Of a DNA stretch of 64,000 nt, positions 39,872 through 49,877 are shown piece by piece. A model generated the notes under the pieces. It made no database searches. It was not told the origin of the DNA and saw only the letters and a program-made list of their open reading frames with translations. How positions within the stretch are numbered: position 1 is the stretch's first letter; the number at the start of each line of letters is the position of its first letter. The stretch spans positions 4,000,001 through 4,064,000 of the forward strand of contig OZ241362.1 of assembly GCA_965200315.1 (NCBI GenBank). Reading direction: 5' to 3'. This DNA is from Candidatus Latescibacterota bacterium (GTDB lineage Bacteria > Latescibacterota > UBA2968 > UBA8231). The position numbers were made by a program, and so were the translations under genes.

Positions 39872-40600
39872 CTACAAGGTGTCGCGCAACAGCCAGCGCA
39901 CGGCGTTTTGCTGCAACTTCTCGTAGGCCGGGTTCCACAGCGCGGGGATGGTGTGTCCCGGTGATAGATAGCACACGCGGCCCGCGCCGTACTCGTAAGC
40001 CCAAGCCGCCTCGCACGTGGTGCCCAAGTCCTGCCAAGTATGCCCATCGTCGTTGACGCTGACGGCCAAGACCTCGGCTGGGTCCTTGTCGTAGTGCATG
40101 AAGTGCTGCTCGTCCTCGACGACAAAGTCCTCCACGCCGTGCATTATGGGGTGATCTGGGCGCGTGATGTGAACTCGGTAGGGACGCACCGGTGGATGCC
40201 CTTGCGTAGTGGCCCCTAGCACGTGGCGGAAGTCGCTACTGCCCGGGGCGATGTACGTGGAATTGTGGTAGAAAAGAGCCGCTCCACCCGTCTCCACAAA
40301 GCTCCGCACGGCGCGGCCTTGGGACTCGGTAATCCACTGTACGGGACGGGATTCCTCAGCCTCGACGGGCGGCTCGCTGACAGACGCAGCCTCTAGGCCA
40401 TAGCCATTGGGCCAGATCATGCCGTCGCGGAAGACGATCAGCAGCCGGTAGCTCGACAGATGTCGGGCGTTGAGTAGGGTGAGCTCGTCGGTAAAGTCAA
40501 CGGACAATCCTATGCCTTGGACCAAGGTGCGGCCCAAAGCCGTGCGGATGTAATCAGACGTGTGATAGCGGTCGCCCACTAGGGCAAAGGCCGTAGCCAT
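39872..40600 (-). CDS. ThuA-like (class I glutamine amidotransferase-like) protein
   Basis: GDRYH, FVETGG..YHN, HPIMHGVEDF..DEQH, YGAGRVCYLSPGH. Confidence 0.85.
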   Translation of the reverse strand: MATAFALVGDRYHTSDYIRTALGRTLVQGIGLSVDFTDELTLLNARHLSSYRLLIVFRDGMIWPNGYGLEAASVSEPPVEAEESRPVQWITESQGRAVRSFVETGGAALFYHNSTYIAPGSSDFRHVLGATTQGHPPVRPYRVHITRPDHPIMHGVEDFVVEDEQHFMHYDKDPAEVLAVSVNDDGHTWQDLGTTCEAAWAYEYGAGRVCYLSPGHTIPALWNPAYEKLQQNAVRWLLRDTL

Positions 40601-40614
40601 GAATCGCCTCCTCC

Positions 40615-42102
40615 TTAGAACCGTTCCAACTCCGGGAACTTTTCCTCGCCTCTATGCACGTGCATGGCCCCACCCTCGGCGCACCGCCGCAAGGTGGGAA
40701 ACACCTTGCCCGGATTCAACACCTGCTGAGGGTCAAACTCGGCCTTGACTCTCTCCTGGGCGTCCAAATCCGCGTCCTTGAACATGCACGGCATTAAATC
40801 CCGCTTCTCAATGCCAACCCCGTGCTCCCCACTCAACACGCCCCCCACCTCGACGCAGAGCTTCAGGATCTCGGCTCCTAGCGACTCGGCCTTCGCCAGA
40901 TCGCCCTCGACATTGCTGTCGTACAGCACGAGTGGGTGCAGGTTGCCATCGCCCGCGTGGAAGACGTTGGCCACCCGCAGGCCATACGCGGCCGATAGCT
41001 CGCCGATTCTCTGTAGCACCTGCGGCAGCGCACCCCGCGGGATGGTCCCGTCCATGCAGTAGTAGTCGGGGCTAATCCGACCCATGGCCGGAAAGGCCGC
41101 TTTGCGGCCGGCCCACAGCTTTTGCCGCTCGGCCTCGGTTGTGGCGCGGGAAAGCGCGGTCGCGCCGGTCTGCCGCAAGAGCGATTCCAGCGTGCGGCTT
41201 TGGCACTCGACCTCGCTTTGCGGCCCGTCCAATTCGACCAGCAAGAGCGCCGCGACCCCGAGTGGATAGCCCGCGCCGACAAAACCCTCAACCGCTTCCA
41301 CAGATAGCTGATCCATGATTTCCATGCCAGCTGGCACCATGCCTGCGGCGATGATCTCGGCCACGGCCTGGCCGGCCGCGGCGACCGAATCGTACACGGC
41401 CATCACGGCTTGCGCCACTTCTGGCTTGGGCAAGATCCGCAGCGTGGCCTCGGTGGTAATGGCCAACAGCCCTTCCGAACCCGTCAGCAATCCGAGCAAG
41501 TCGTAGCCCGCTTGGTCCATACCCTTGCCGCCGACCCGCACGACCTCGCCATCGGCCAACACCACCTCCAAGCCGAGGAGGTTGTTGGTCGTCGTGCCGT
41601 ACTTGAGGCAGTGTACCCCGCCTGAATTTTCGGCTATATTGCCGCCGATCGAGCAGGCTATTTGGCTCGAAGGATCGGGCGCATAGTAGAAGCCGCTTCG
41701 CTCCACCGCTTCGGTCACGCCTCGGTTGGTCACGCCCGGCTGCACGGTCACCGTGCGGTTTTGCAAGTCGATGTCGAGGATCGCTCGCATCCGCGCCGTG
41801 CTCAACACCACCCCATCTTCCCTCGGCAGGGCACCCCCCGAAAGCCCGGTGCCGGCACCCCAAGGGACGATGGGAATGTCGAGTTGGGAGCACGACCGGA
41901 GTACGGCCGCGACCTGCTCGGTGTTATCTGGCAAAGCGACCAGCATGGGCCGCTGGCGATACGCCGACAGGCCGTCGCATTCATAGGCGACTACGTCCTC
42001 GCGACGGTGAATGATCTGATCGGCGCGCAAGTGTTCGCGCAGGCGGCCAATGAGGGCTTCGCGGCGCTTGAAGCGGGTGGGATCGGGGGGGGGAAGTTGC
42101 AT
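40615..42102 (-). CDS. glcD: FAD-linked glycolate oxidase subunit GlcD
   Basis: YECDGL, GAGTGLSGG, YAPDPSSQIACSIGGN, ENSGGVHCLKYG, HAGDGNLHP, GEHGVG. Confidence 0.92.
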   Translation of the reverse strand: MQLPPPDPTRFKRREALIGRLREHLRADQIIHRREDVVAYECDGLSAYRQRPMLVALPDNTEQVAAVLRSCSQLDIPIVPWGAGTGLSGGALPREDGVVLSTARMRAILDIDLQNRTVTVQPGVTNRGVTEAVERSGFYYAPDPSSQIACSIGGNIAENSGGVHCLKYGTTTNNLLGLEVVLADGEVVRVGGKGMDQAGYDLLGLLTGSEGLLAITTEATLRILPKPEVAQAVMAVYDSVAAAGQAVAEIIAAGMVPAGMEIMDQLSVEAVEGFVGAGYPLGVAALLLVELDGPQSEVECQSRTLESLLRQTGATALSRATTEAERQKLWAGRKAAFPAMGRISPDYYCMDGTIPRGALPQVLQRIGELSAAYGLRVANVFHAGDGNLHPLVLYDSNVEGDLAKAESLGAEILKLCVEVGGVLSGEHGVGIEKRDLMPCMFKDADLDAQERVKAEFDPQQVLNPGKVFPTLRRCAEGGAMHVHRGEEKFPELERF

Positions 42103-42105
42103 TGG

Positions 42106-43110
42106 TTAGTAGCCCAAGTCTTTGGCGTACGCAAAAAGCGCGGGGGTGCCGCCGGTATGAAGAAAGATAAGGCTCTGCTCAGGACGCCACCAACCAGCAC
42201 GCACGTGCGCCAAAAGCCCGGCCATGGCTTTGCTGGTGTAGGACGGATCGAGCAACAGTCCTTCTTGCTGCGCCAACAGGTGCAGAGCTTCATGGCTCTC
42301 TGGCGTGACCATGCCGTAGTCCGGGCCGACAAAGGCGGCGTAGCTTTCAAAATCCTCCGCTTTCAGCAAGAGGTCTAGCCCTAAGACTTCGGCGCATTCC
42401 CGCCCCAGCGCAGCATGTCCCTCTGCCGCTTGCTGGTCGTCGCGCGGCGAGGGACTGATGCCCACCACCCGCATATCGATGCCCAGCGCCTTGAACGCCA
42501 CCACCAATCCCACGTGGGTATGAGCACCCGAACACAAATAGATCGCCGCTGGCTCAACGCCCTGTTCTTCGCATTGGGCCAAAAGTTCCAATGCCCCATC
42601 GACGTACGCTACACTGCGGAAGATGCGTGCGTCCGAGCTAGTGTGGAAGGGACGGTGGCCGGCCGCGGTCAGTGCGGCCATTTTCTCGGCCACGGCCTGC
42701 GCCTGCTCATCGGGTGCAGGCAAGTCCACCTCCGCGCCAAAGAGGCGGGTCAACAGCAGGTTCCCCTGCGTCTGGGCGTGGGCGTCGTCGCGGCCGACGA
42801 CCACCGCAGACAGCCCCAATTTTGCGGCCACTGCAGCCGTCTGCCGCGATTGATTCGACTGGGCGGCGGCCGAGTGTACCAGCACGTCGCAGCCCTGCTC
42901 TACGGCTTGGGCGATCTGGTATTCAAACTCGCGGATCTTGTTGCCGCCGAAGGCTAAGCCGGTCAAGTCGTCGCGCTTGACCCAGATTTGCGGGCCGGTT
43001 AGGTGGGTGCTGAGGCGTTTTAGTTCCTCCAAGGGCGTGGGCAAGGACGCTAGTTGCAACCGCGGCAAGGCGGCCAACCGCTCTTTCAGTTCCTCTCGGC
43101 TAATAGTCAT
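42106..43110 (-). CDS. D-cysteine desulfhydrase / ACC deaminase family PLP enzyme
   Basis: LPTPLE, KRDDLTGLAFGGNKIR, QSN, LLDPSYTSKA, FLHTGG; start MTISRE. Confidence 0.9.
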   Translation of the reverse strand: MTISREELKERLAALPRLQLASLPTPLEELKRLSTHLTGPQIWVKRDDLTGLAFGGNKIREFEYQIAQAVEQGCDVLVHSAAAQSNQSRQTAAVAAKLGLSAVVVGRDDAHAQTQGNLLLTRLFGAEVDLPAPDEQAQAVAEKMAALTAAGHRPFHTSSDARIFRSVAYVDGALELLAQCEEQGVEPAAIYLCSGAHTHVGLVVAFKALGIDMRVVGISPSPRDDQQAAEGHAALGRECAEVLGLDLLLKAEDFESYAAFVGPDYGMVTPESHEALHLLAQQEGLLLDPSYTSKAMAGLLAHVRAGWWRPEQSLIFLHTGGTPALFAYAKDLGY

Positions 43111-43255
43111 AGCTTCCTCTTTTTGTTTGTTTTGCCGTGTGGTTTCAATACAACGATTAAACAACCACCGGGCAAACTCATCATTTACTTCGGCTTGCCA
43201 CATTTGCCCTTTTGCTAAAAACCCTTAATTTCTAAACAGTGAGGCCCACATAACC

Positions 43256-43336
43256 TTCTACCCCTTTCTACCCCTCACTCTTCCCCAGTACAAATCGCTG
43301 TTCAAACATTCCCCAGTACAAATCACTGTTCAAACA
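43256..43336. repeat. Two tandem duplications (10 bp x2 and 28 bp x2)
   Basis: TTCTACCCCT x2 (43256-43275); TTCCCCAGTACAAATC[G/A]CTGTTCAAACA x2 (43281-43336). Confidence 0.9.
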
Positions 43337-43351
43337 AGATATAGGCCCGTT

Positions 43352-45643
43352 TTGGATCTAGTCGAACCAATACCCGAACGCCTATTGCCCCACATCCGCG
43401 GCGAATTGCAACCCGGCGAGCTACTCATCGTCCTTCTAGCCGCCGACATTCGCCCTGACGGGCAATACGGCGATTCTTGGTTTGCTCTCACCGACGAGCG
43501 GATGCTCGTCTTTCATCCCAATGGCACAGACAAGCCCGAGACCGTGCGCCTCGGTTTGGACGAAGTGCAAGGCATCCAGACCCGCAACTACGTGGGTAGT
43601 GGCGCACTCGTCGTCGAGCTGGAGGACGAAACTGTCGAGCTGTTGCGCTTTTCGCAGAGTGCGTACTACAAATTCTCCGGCGTACCCCAAGCCATCGAGG
43701 GCGCCGGCCTAGTCGAGGAAGAAGACGCAGACGAGGACGGGGTGCTGCATGTCGATCCCGTCAGAGTAGTAGAGCACTGCCCCACCTGCGGCCGCGCCCT
43801 CCGCTCCGGCTCCAAAGTCTGCCCCAACTGCCTGCGCCAGACCGAGACCTTCTGGCGGTTGTTTTCCTATATCAAGCCCTATAAAAGCCAAGCCCTGCTC
43901 GGGTTCACGCTGACGATTGTGCTGACGGCCATTGGCCTGCTGCCGCCCCAGCTCAACCGCATCCTCATCGACGATGTCATCGTCCCGGTCCTCGTCCAAT
44001 ACGAAGCCGCAGGTATCGCCGCGGGCGAGACGACTACGCCCCCCGCCGCGAGCGTCCCACTTCTGCTGTCGGTCGTGCTCGGCCTACTCGGCGTCTATCT
44101 CGGCCGCGGCATCATCAGCGGCGTGCGAATGTACGCCTTGGGGTGGCTCGGCCAGCGCGTTGTATACGATTTGCAAATGCAAATTTTCCAACACTTGCAA
44201 TTGCTGTCGCTGACGTTTTACAACACGCTCAGCACCGGTCGGATCATGACTCGCGTCACCAGCGATACCGAGCGCATGCGCAGATTTATCACTTCGGGAT
44301 TCCAAGACATCGTCATCGACGGGCTGACCATCGTCGGCATCTGCGTGATGCTATTTGTAATGAATTGGGAATTGGCACTTTTGTCGCTGATCCCAATCCC
44401 CTTCATGATCATCGGCACCATCATCTACCGCAGTCGCATCCACTGGATTTTCCACCGGATATGGCGTCGAATTTCCACCCTCAACGCCATGCTCGCCGAC
44501 ACTATTCCCGGCGTCAAGGTCGTCAAAGCCTTTGCCCAAGAAAACCGCGAGCTCGAGCGCTTCAACGAGCGCAACATCGACCTGCGCGACTCGCAGATGA
44601 CCTCGTTCAAGATGCGGTCCTATTACATTCCGACGATCTCCTTTACCACCTCGGTCGGCTCGATCATCCTGTGGTGGTTCGGCGGCAATCGGGTACTCGC
44701 CAACACCCTGACCCTCGGCGACCTCCAAGCATTTATCGCCTATATGATGATGTTCTACGCGCCGGTGCGCTCGCTGTGCAACCTCACCGAACAGCTAGAG
44801 ACCGCAGCAACAACGGCCGAGCGCGTCTTTGAGATCATCGATACTGAGCCCGAAGTCCAAGACGACCCCGACGCCATCGACCCTGGCCCGATTACTGGCG
44901 CGGTAGAATTTCGCAACGTCAGCTTCACGTACGACGGCTCAGCGCGCATTCTCGACCACATCCACTTTAAGGCCGAGCCCGGCGAGATGATCGGCATCGT
45001 TGGCCCCAGCGGCGCGGGCAAGTCAACCTTGGTCAACCTCATCTCGCGGTTCTACGATGCCACCGACGGCCAAGTCCGCATCGACGGCCAGCCCATTACC
45101 CGACTCAAGCAGCAGGCACTGCGCAGCCAAATCGGCGTGGTCTTGCAAGAGCCGCTGCTCTTCCAAGGTTCCATCGCCAGCAATATCGCCTACGGCCACC
45201 CCAACGCGACGCGCCAAGAAGTCATCGAGGCAGCCCGTGCGGCCAACGCCCACAAGTTCATCATGAATTTTCCCGATGGCTACGACACCCAAGTCGGCGA
45301 GCGCGGCGGTCGGCTCTCCGGCGGCGAGCGCCAGCGCATTTCCATTGCCCGCGCCCTGATCGGCAACCCGCGCATCCTGATCCTCGACGAGGCCACGGCC
45401 TCGGTCGATACCCAGACCGAATTTGAGATCCAAGAGGCACTCGAGCGGCTAGTAGCTGGCCGCACCACCTTTGCCATCGCTCACCGACTCTCGACGCTCA
45501 AAAACGCCGACCGCCTGCTGGTGTTGCAAAGAGGGCGCGTCGCCGAGGTCGGCACCCACGAAGAGTTGCTCAATATGGAAGACGGCGTCTATCGCCGGCT
45601 GGTCGATATGCAAACCGAAATGGCGAAAGTACGGGCGTTATGA
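43352..45643 (+). CDS. ABC exporter (fused TMD-NBD) with N-terminal PH-like and zinc-ribbon extension
   Basis: CPTCG..CPNC; TM domain; GPSGAGKST, LSGGERQRISIARA, ILDEATASVD; TTG start. Confidence 0.92.
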   Translation: MDLVEPIPERLLPHIRGELQPGELLIVLLAADIRPDGQYGDSWFALTDERMLVFHPNGTDKPETVRLGLDEVQGIQTRNYVGSGALVVELEDETVELLRFSQSAYYKFSGVPQAIEGAGLVEEEDADEDGVLHVDPVRVVEHCPTCGRALRSGSKVCPNCLRQTETFWRLFSYIKPYKSQALLGFTLTIVLTAIGLLPPQLNRILIDDVIVPVLVQYEAAGIAAGETTTPPAASVPLLLSVVLGLLGVYLGRGIISGVRMYALGWLGQRVVYDLQMQIFQHLQLLSLTFYNTLSTGRIMTRVTSDTERMRRFITSGFQDIVIDGLTIVGICVMLFVMNWELALLSLIPIPFMIIGTIIYRSRIHWIFHRIWRRISTLNAMLADTIPGVKVVKAFAQENRELERFNERNIDLRDSQMTSFKMRSYYIPTISFTTSVGSIILWWFGGNRVLANTLTLGDLQAFIAYMMMFYAPVRSLCNLTEQLETAATTAERVFEIIDTEPEVQDDPDAIDPGPITGAVEFRNVSFTYDGSARILDHIHFKAEPGEMIGIVGPSGAGKSTLVNLISRFYDATDGQVRIDGQPITRLKQQALRSQIGVVLQEPLLFQGSIASNIAYGHPNATRQEVIEAARAANAHKFIMNFPDGYDTQVGERGGRLSGGERQRISIARALIGNPRILILDEATASVDTQTEFEIQEALERLVAGRTTFAIAHRLSTLKNADRLLVLQRGRVAEVGTHEELLNMEDGVYRRLVDMQTEMAKVRAL

Positions 45644-46143
45644 GCGAGACACGCGGTTATTCGTACGGGGATTTTCTGCTCGACCCGCAAAAGATGCACT
45701 TCAGCCGCTCCGAGCGCGGCAGCTTGATCCTCAAGCTCGACAGCGAGGAATACACCGACCTTAAGATCCGCCGCGCCTTCCCGTTAGAAGAGTCCGACCG
45801 CTATATCGGCGTCTTTGCCGCCGAAGACCAAGAACTCGGCATAATCGAAGACCCGCAACAACTCGACGACCAAAGCCGCCAAGCACTTCTAGACGAACTC
45901 GACAAGATCTACTTTCAACCGCAGGTCCTCGCTTTCAATAGCCTCGACGAGGAGTTCGGAGTGCTGCGCGGCCAGATCGAAACCACCAGCGGCCCCCGCC
46001 AGCTCGAAATCCGCGGCTATCGCACCAATGTGCGCATGCTCTCCGGCAGCCGGGCCATCATCGAGGATGTCGATGGCAACCGCTATCTGATCGCCAACTG
46101 GCGGGCGCTGCCACAGAAGACGCGCGAGATTCTGGGGCTTTAA
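45640..46143 (+). CDS. DUF1854 family protein
   Basis: RRAFPL..YI..ELGII, ELDKIYF.P, ETTSGPR, IEDVDGNRY; overlaps the ABC gene stop (ATGA). Confidence 0.8.
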   Translation: MSETRGYSYGDFLLDPQKMHFSRSERGSLILKLDSEEYTDLKIRRAFPLEESDRYIGVFAAEDQELGIIEDPQQLDDQSRQALLDELDKIYFQPQVLAFNSLDEEFGVLRGQIETTSGPRQLEIRGYRTNVRMLSGSRAIIEDVDGNRYLIANWRALPQKTREILGL

Positions 46144-46228
46144 TGGGGAGGGGCGGAGTTATCCGCCCAATGATGCACGCGCTGCTTGAAAATGGCCTTG
46201 TCGGTGGTCGTTGTGCTCATTGGATCGC

Positions 46229-48040
46229 CTATCTCTTATTCAACCGCGTGAACAGCGCATCTACGATTGGGGTGACTCGGTCGAAGTCGTCTATTTCTGC
46301 TAAAACTGCGAACGTAATTTCTTGACGCAGTTCGCGCCGTTCCGTTTGGCTCTCCTGCCAGTTCGGATGGGCAGCGAAAGCCGCCGCGACCTTCTTGCCG
46401 ATAGCTTTGGCATTACCGACCTTGGCATCGCGCAGGCTCGCATAGACAAAATAGGTCCTGTCGTCGAAACCTAACGCCGCCTGCTCGCTTTTCTGTTGCT
46501 CGTTTCTCTGCTGCTCAACCACTAGTGCGTTTAGAGTCTCTTGGGTGTTGAGCTGACCTTCCTCATAGCGTTCTTGGATGGCTCTTGCCCGTTCGGCCAA
46601 GTCCAAGAGTAGCAGAGCGTCGCTACTATCTTCGGCTGCCTGCTCCATGCTCTTGACCAAGTTGATGATCTTCGTCCCCTCGCCGCCCGACTTCTCGGCG
46701 ATTTGCTCCATCGTTTTTGCGTCGATCTTTACAGTTTCGAAGACCGGCTGGATGTAGCTCGTTCCAACGTGCTTCTGCACCGATTCGTTGGTCTTTTTCT
46801 GCAAGGCGCGATCTACATACACCCCTTGCTGATATGCTTTGCGGACTGTGTCGTAGATGGCTGAGAGCGTGGCATAGTTATCGATGAACGGGCCCAAGAA
46901 GGCATCCGGCGAGAGGATCTCATAGAGTATTTCGATCTCTTTATATTCCTTAAAAAATTCCTCGCGTCGTTCTTTGTCATGGAAGTGCTCAATTAGGGCG
47001 TTGACGTCGCGGTCATTGAATCTGTCGCTGATCTTTGTTCAACTCTTCAACGTCCGTCACCCCTTCTGCCTCGGGCAATGCCCAAAACTCTTTTTCCATC
47101 AACTCTGCATTTACCTGCATCTCGTTAGGGGCCAAGTTGTAGAACAGCGGCAGAGTCGTCTGATCGGCAATACTCTCGGCGATGGAGTATTTGTGCAGAT
47201 ACCCCTTGTCATCCTCACAGCCAAAGGTTCTGAACGTACCCTCGCCATACGTCGTTTTGTCGATTGGCGTCCCAGTAAAGCCGATGTAGGTGGCATTGGG
47301 CAGGCCGGCCATCAGAAAGCTGCCTAAGTCGCCGCCAGTGGTGCGGTGCGCCTCATCAATCAGCACGAACACGTTGGACCGCTCGTTGACCTTGGCTGGC
47401 ATGTCGCGGAATTTGTGGATGGTGGTAACAATGATGCCCCGATAGTCGTTATTGAGCAGATTGACCAGTGTGCTGATTCGGTTGGCATGTTTTACATTGC
47501 TCAGCCCCAGTGACGCCAAATTCTTGCACATCTGGTCTTCTAGTTCATTGCGGTCCGCCATCAGCAAGATGGAGGGCTTTTCGCTTGCAGGTGCCTTGAA
47601 CAGCCGTTCTGCGGCCTTGATCATAGTGAAGGTTTTACCGCTGCCCTGAGTATGCCAGACCAAGCCACGTGTGCGTTCGGGATCCAAGCAACGGTTGACC
47701 ACTCGCTCCACGGCTCCTGTTTGGTGTTGGGCCAAGATGTACTTGTTGAGTTCTTCGTCTTTCTCAGCGAAGACGATAAAGTGCTGGAGCAGGTCAAGGA
47801 TATGCCGACGGTCACAGAAGCTCTTGACTTTGGCCTCCAGTAGTCCAGCCTTTTCCTGTTTCCAGTTGAAGATGTTGCGGCGCACAGTGTTCCACGTCAC
47901 ACCGTAGGAGAAGCCGATGGCGTCTGTTGCGGCGAAAATCATCTCTGGCACGAACAGTTCGGGGGTTTCGTTGTGATAGCGGCGGATCTGATCTACACCG
48001 AGGGCGATGGCCTCATTCTTAGTGGAGTTCTTGCATTTCG
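46229..48040 (-). pseudogene. hsdR: Type I R-M HsdR, fragmented by deletions
   Basis: WHTQGSGKT, DRNELEDQ, LIDEAHR, GFTGTP; jumps at about 47033 out of frame to C-terminal ..FNDRDVNALIEHF..YEILSPDAFL; N-terminus missing. Confidence 0.85.
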
Positions 48041-48620
48041 GCCACAACTTTATGAATCCAAAGTCCGCTAGGGGCAACATCACTGACACGAAGTACTTCC
48101 CAACTCTCCGGCACAGGTCCAATTTCCGTCTGTTTTTGCGGTTCGCCTCGTGTACCTTCGGTAAAGAGCTTGTGCATGAGAGCTTTCTTCAATTCGGCTG
48201 TGGTCTGAATAATCCGCTCTTGGGCTCCAATTGCCCGCTGTACCGTCGAAAGAACGTGCGTGATCTTCTTTTGTTCGGAGAGTGGAGGCACGGCAATCGG
48301 CAACTCGGCCAGCTTGGAGCGGGAAAGATTTGGAATCGTCGTGACGTTGCCGCGGCCGAAGTAGAGCTTCCCAACGTCAAAGGCATACCAGAACCAGTAC
48401 ACCACAAATTGGGGATCGACACGACCATTCAGCGACCGAAGCCGGTGAAGATGGTTTTGGTAGTAACAACTCCCGGCCTCGCCTCGCCAGAGGGCCGTGC
48501 GGCCGATGGAGCCACCTTCGCAGACAAGGAGGTCATCTGGTAGCAGCGCGAGTCGAGATTCCTCCATTTCAGTGAAGTTCATCTGATCGAGTTTTACAAG
48601 ATCGAGCCTGTTCCAGACCT
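48041..48620 (-). pseudogene. hsdS: Type I R-M HsdS fragment (one TRD plus conserved region)
   Basis: DLLVCEGGSIGRTALW, YQNHLHRLR, PPLSEQKKI, LKKALMHKLFT, TEIGPVPESW. Confidence 0.85.
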
Positions 48621-49520
48621 CCTTTTTGCCAGCGCAGAGAATGAGGCCAAGCGGCGATTCTTCGCCAGCCTGCTGCTCGTGCTTGGCAAGCCAGCGGAGG
48701 TAAAGTTCCATCTGACCTTTGTACTCGGCCTTGAAATCGCCGAGCTTGAGATCTATGGCGATGAGGCGGCGCAGACGGCGATGGTAAAACAGAAGGTCGA
48801 GGTAAAAGTCGTCGAAATCAATCTGAATGCGCTTCTGACGGCCGAGGAAGGCAAAGCCATCGCCGAGTTCGAGTAGAAAGGTCTCGATTTCGCGCAAGAT
48901 GGCATCCTCAAGATCGCGTTCAAGATAGCGATCATTGAGGCCAAGAAAATCGAGCACATAAGGGTCTTTGAAAACAAGGGTAGGCGTGAACCGGTCGTCC
49001 TCTCGCAATTGAGTCAGTTCAGCACGAGCGACTTCTTCAGGCTTCCGGGAAATAGCGGTGCGCTCGTAGAGCATGGAGCCAATCTTGTCGCGCAAGGTGC
49101 GAACGCTCCAGCGTTCGACGCGGCACATCTCGGCGTAAAACTCACGCTGGAGGGGTTCCTTGAGAGGAATCAGAGCCAGAATGTGTGTCCAGCTTAATTG
49201 TCGTATCAGCGATACGACAATCTCAGGATCAGGAAAAACCTCGGCAAACTGCATCATGCGTCGTAGATTTTTTCCGAGAAGCTGGTCCCGTAGGCGAGCG
49301 ATAATTGTCTCCCCAGCGTAGAGACAATCTTTTTTCCGTAGTCGGCTCGTTGTCCCTGAAGAATCTCGCTCTGAATCCGCTTGCCAATTCTCCAATAGAG
49401 GCTCGTCATCCCCGCATTGACGGTCTGAGCAACTCCCGCACGGGTCTGCTCAATCATGCTCTGCACATCGGCAAGCAAGCCGTCCGAAGTGTCGATAATG
49501 TCGAGATATTCGTCGCTCAT
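48621..49520 (-). pseudogene. YhcG/DUF1016 PD-(D/E)XK protein, frameshifted and truncated
   Basis: LYWRIG, YG; NLRRMMQFA, LSWTH, FKDPYVLDFL, GFAFLGRQKR, DLLFYHRRL, IDLK; frameshift in the A-run at 49268-49273. Confidence 0.85.
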
Positions 49521-49594
49521 ACCCGATTATCCTGAGAATCTACTGGTGAAGTGCCTAGATTCAGTCCCATGCTTCCCCTTCAACCTTCTTTGCA

Positions 49595-49844
49595 TCACCG
49601 AGTCACCCCCAGTTGCTCAAGCATCTTCTTCAATTCCCTGTCCGTCTCCCGCGCCTCCGCTTCCACATCTTCCAACTCATCGAGAATCTCTCCAATGGGC
49701 CGATAGATCGCACAGTCGCTTAGCAAATACCAACGGCAAAATGAAATCCTTGTACTTAGCGGCGTCCTGCGCCCCACGAATGCTACACGCCGCATCCCAC
49801 AGCCACGATTCGAGCGACTTATCGCTCACATTATTTTCTGCCAT
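49595..49844 (-). pseudogene. hsdM: Type I R-M HsdM remnant (N- and C-terminal stubs only)
   Basis: [36 protein letters not shown] joined at about 49707, out of frame, to [22 protein letters not shown]. Confidence 0.85.
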
Positions 49845-49877
49845 TAATCCCTTCCTTTGAGCGCAAAAAACGTCCAC

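Noticed and set aside
43281-43336. 28-bp direct repeat as a CRISPR array
   Set aside because: Only two copies, directly adjacent with no spacer, and no cas genes in the window.
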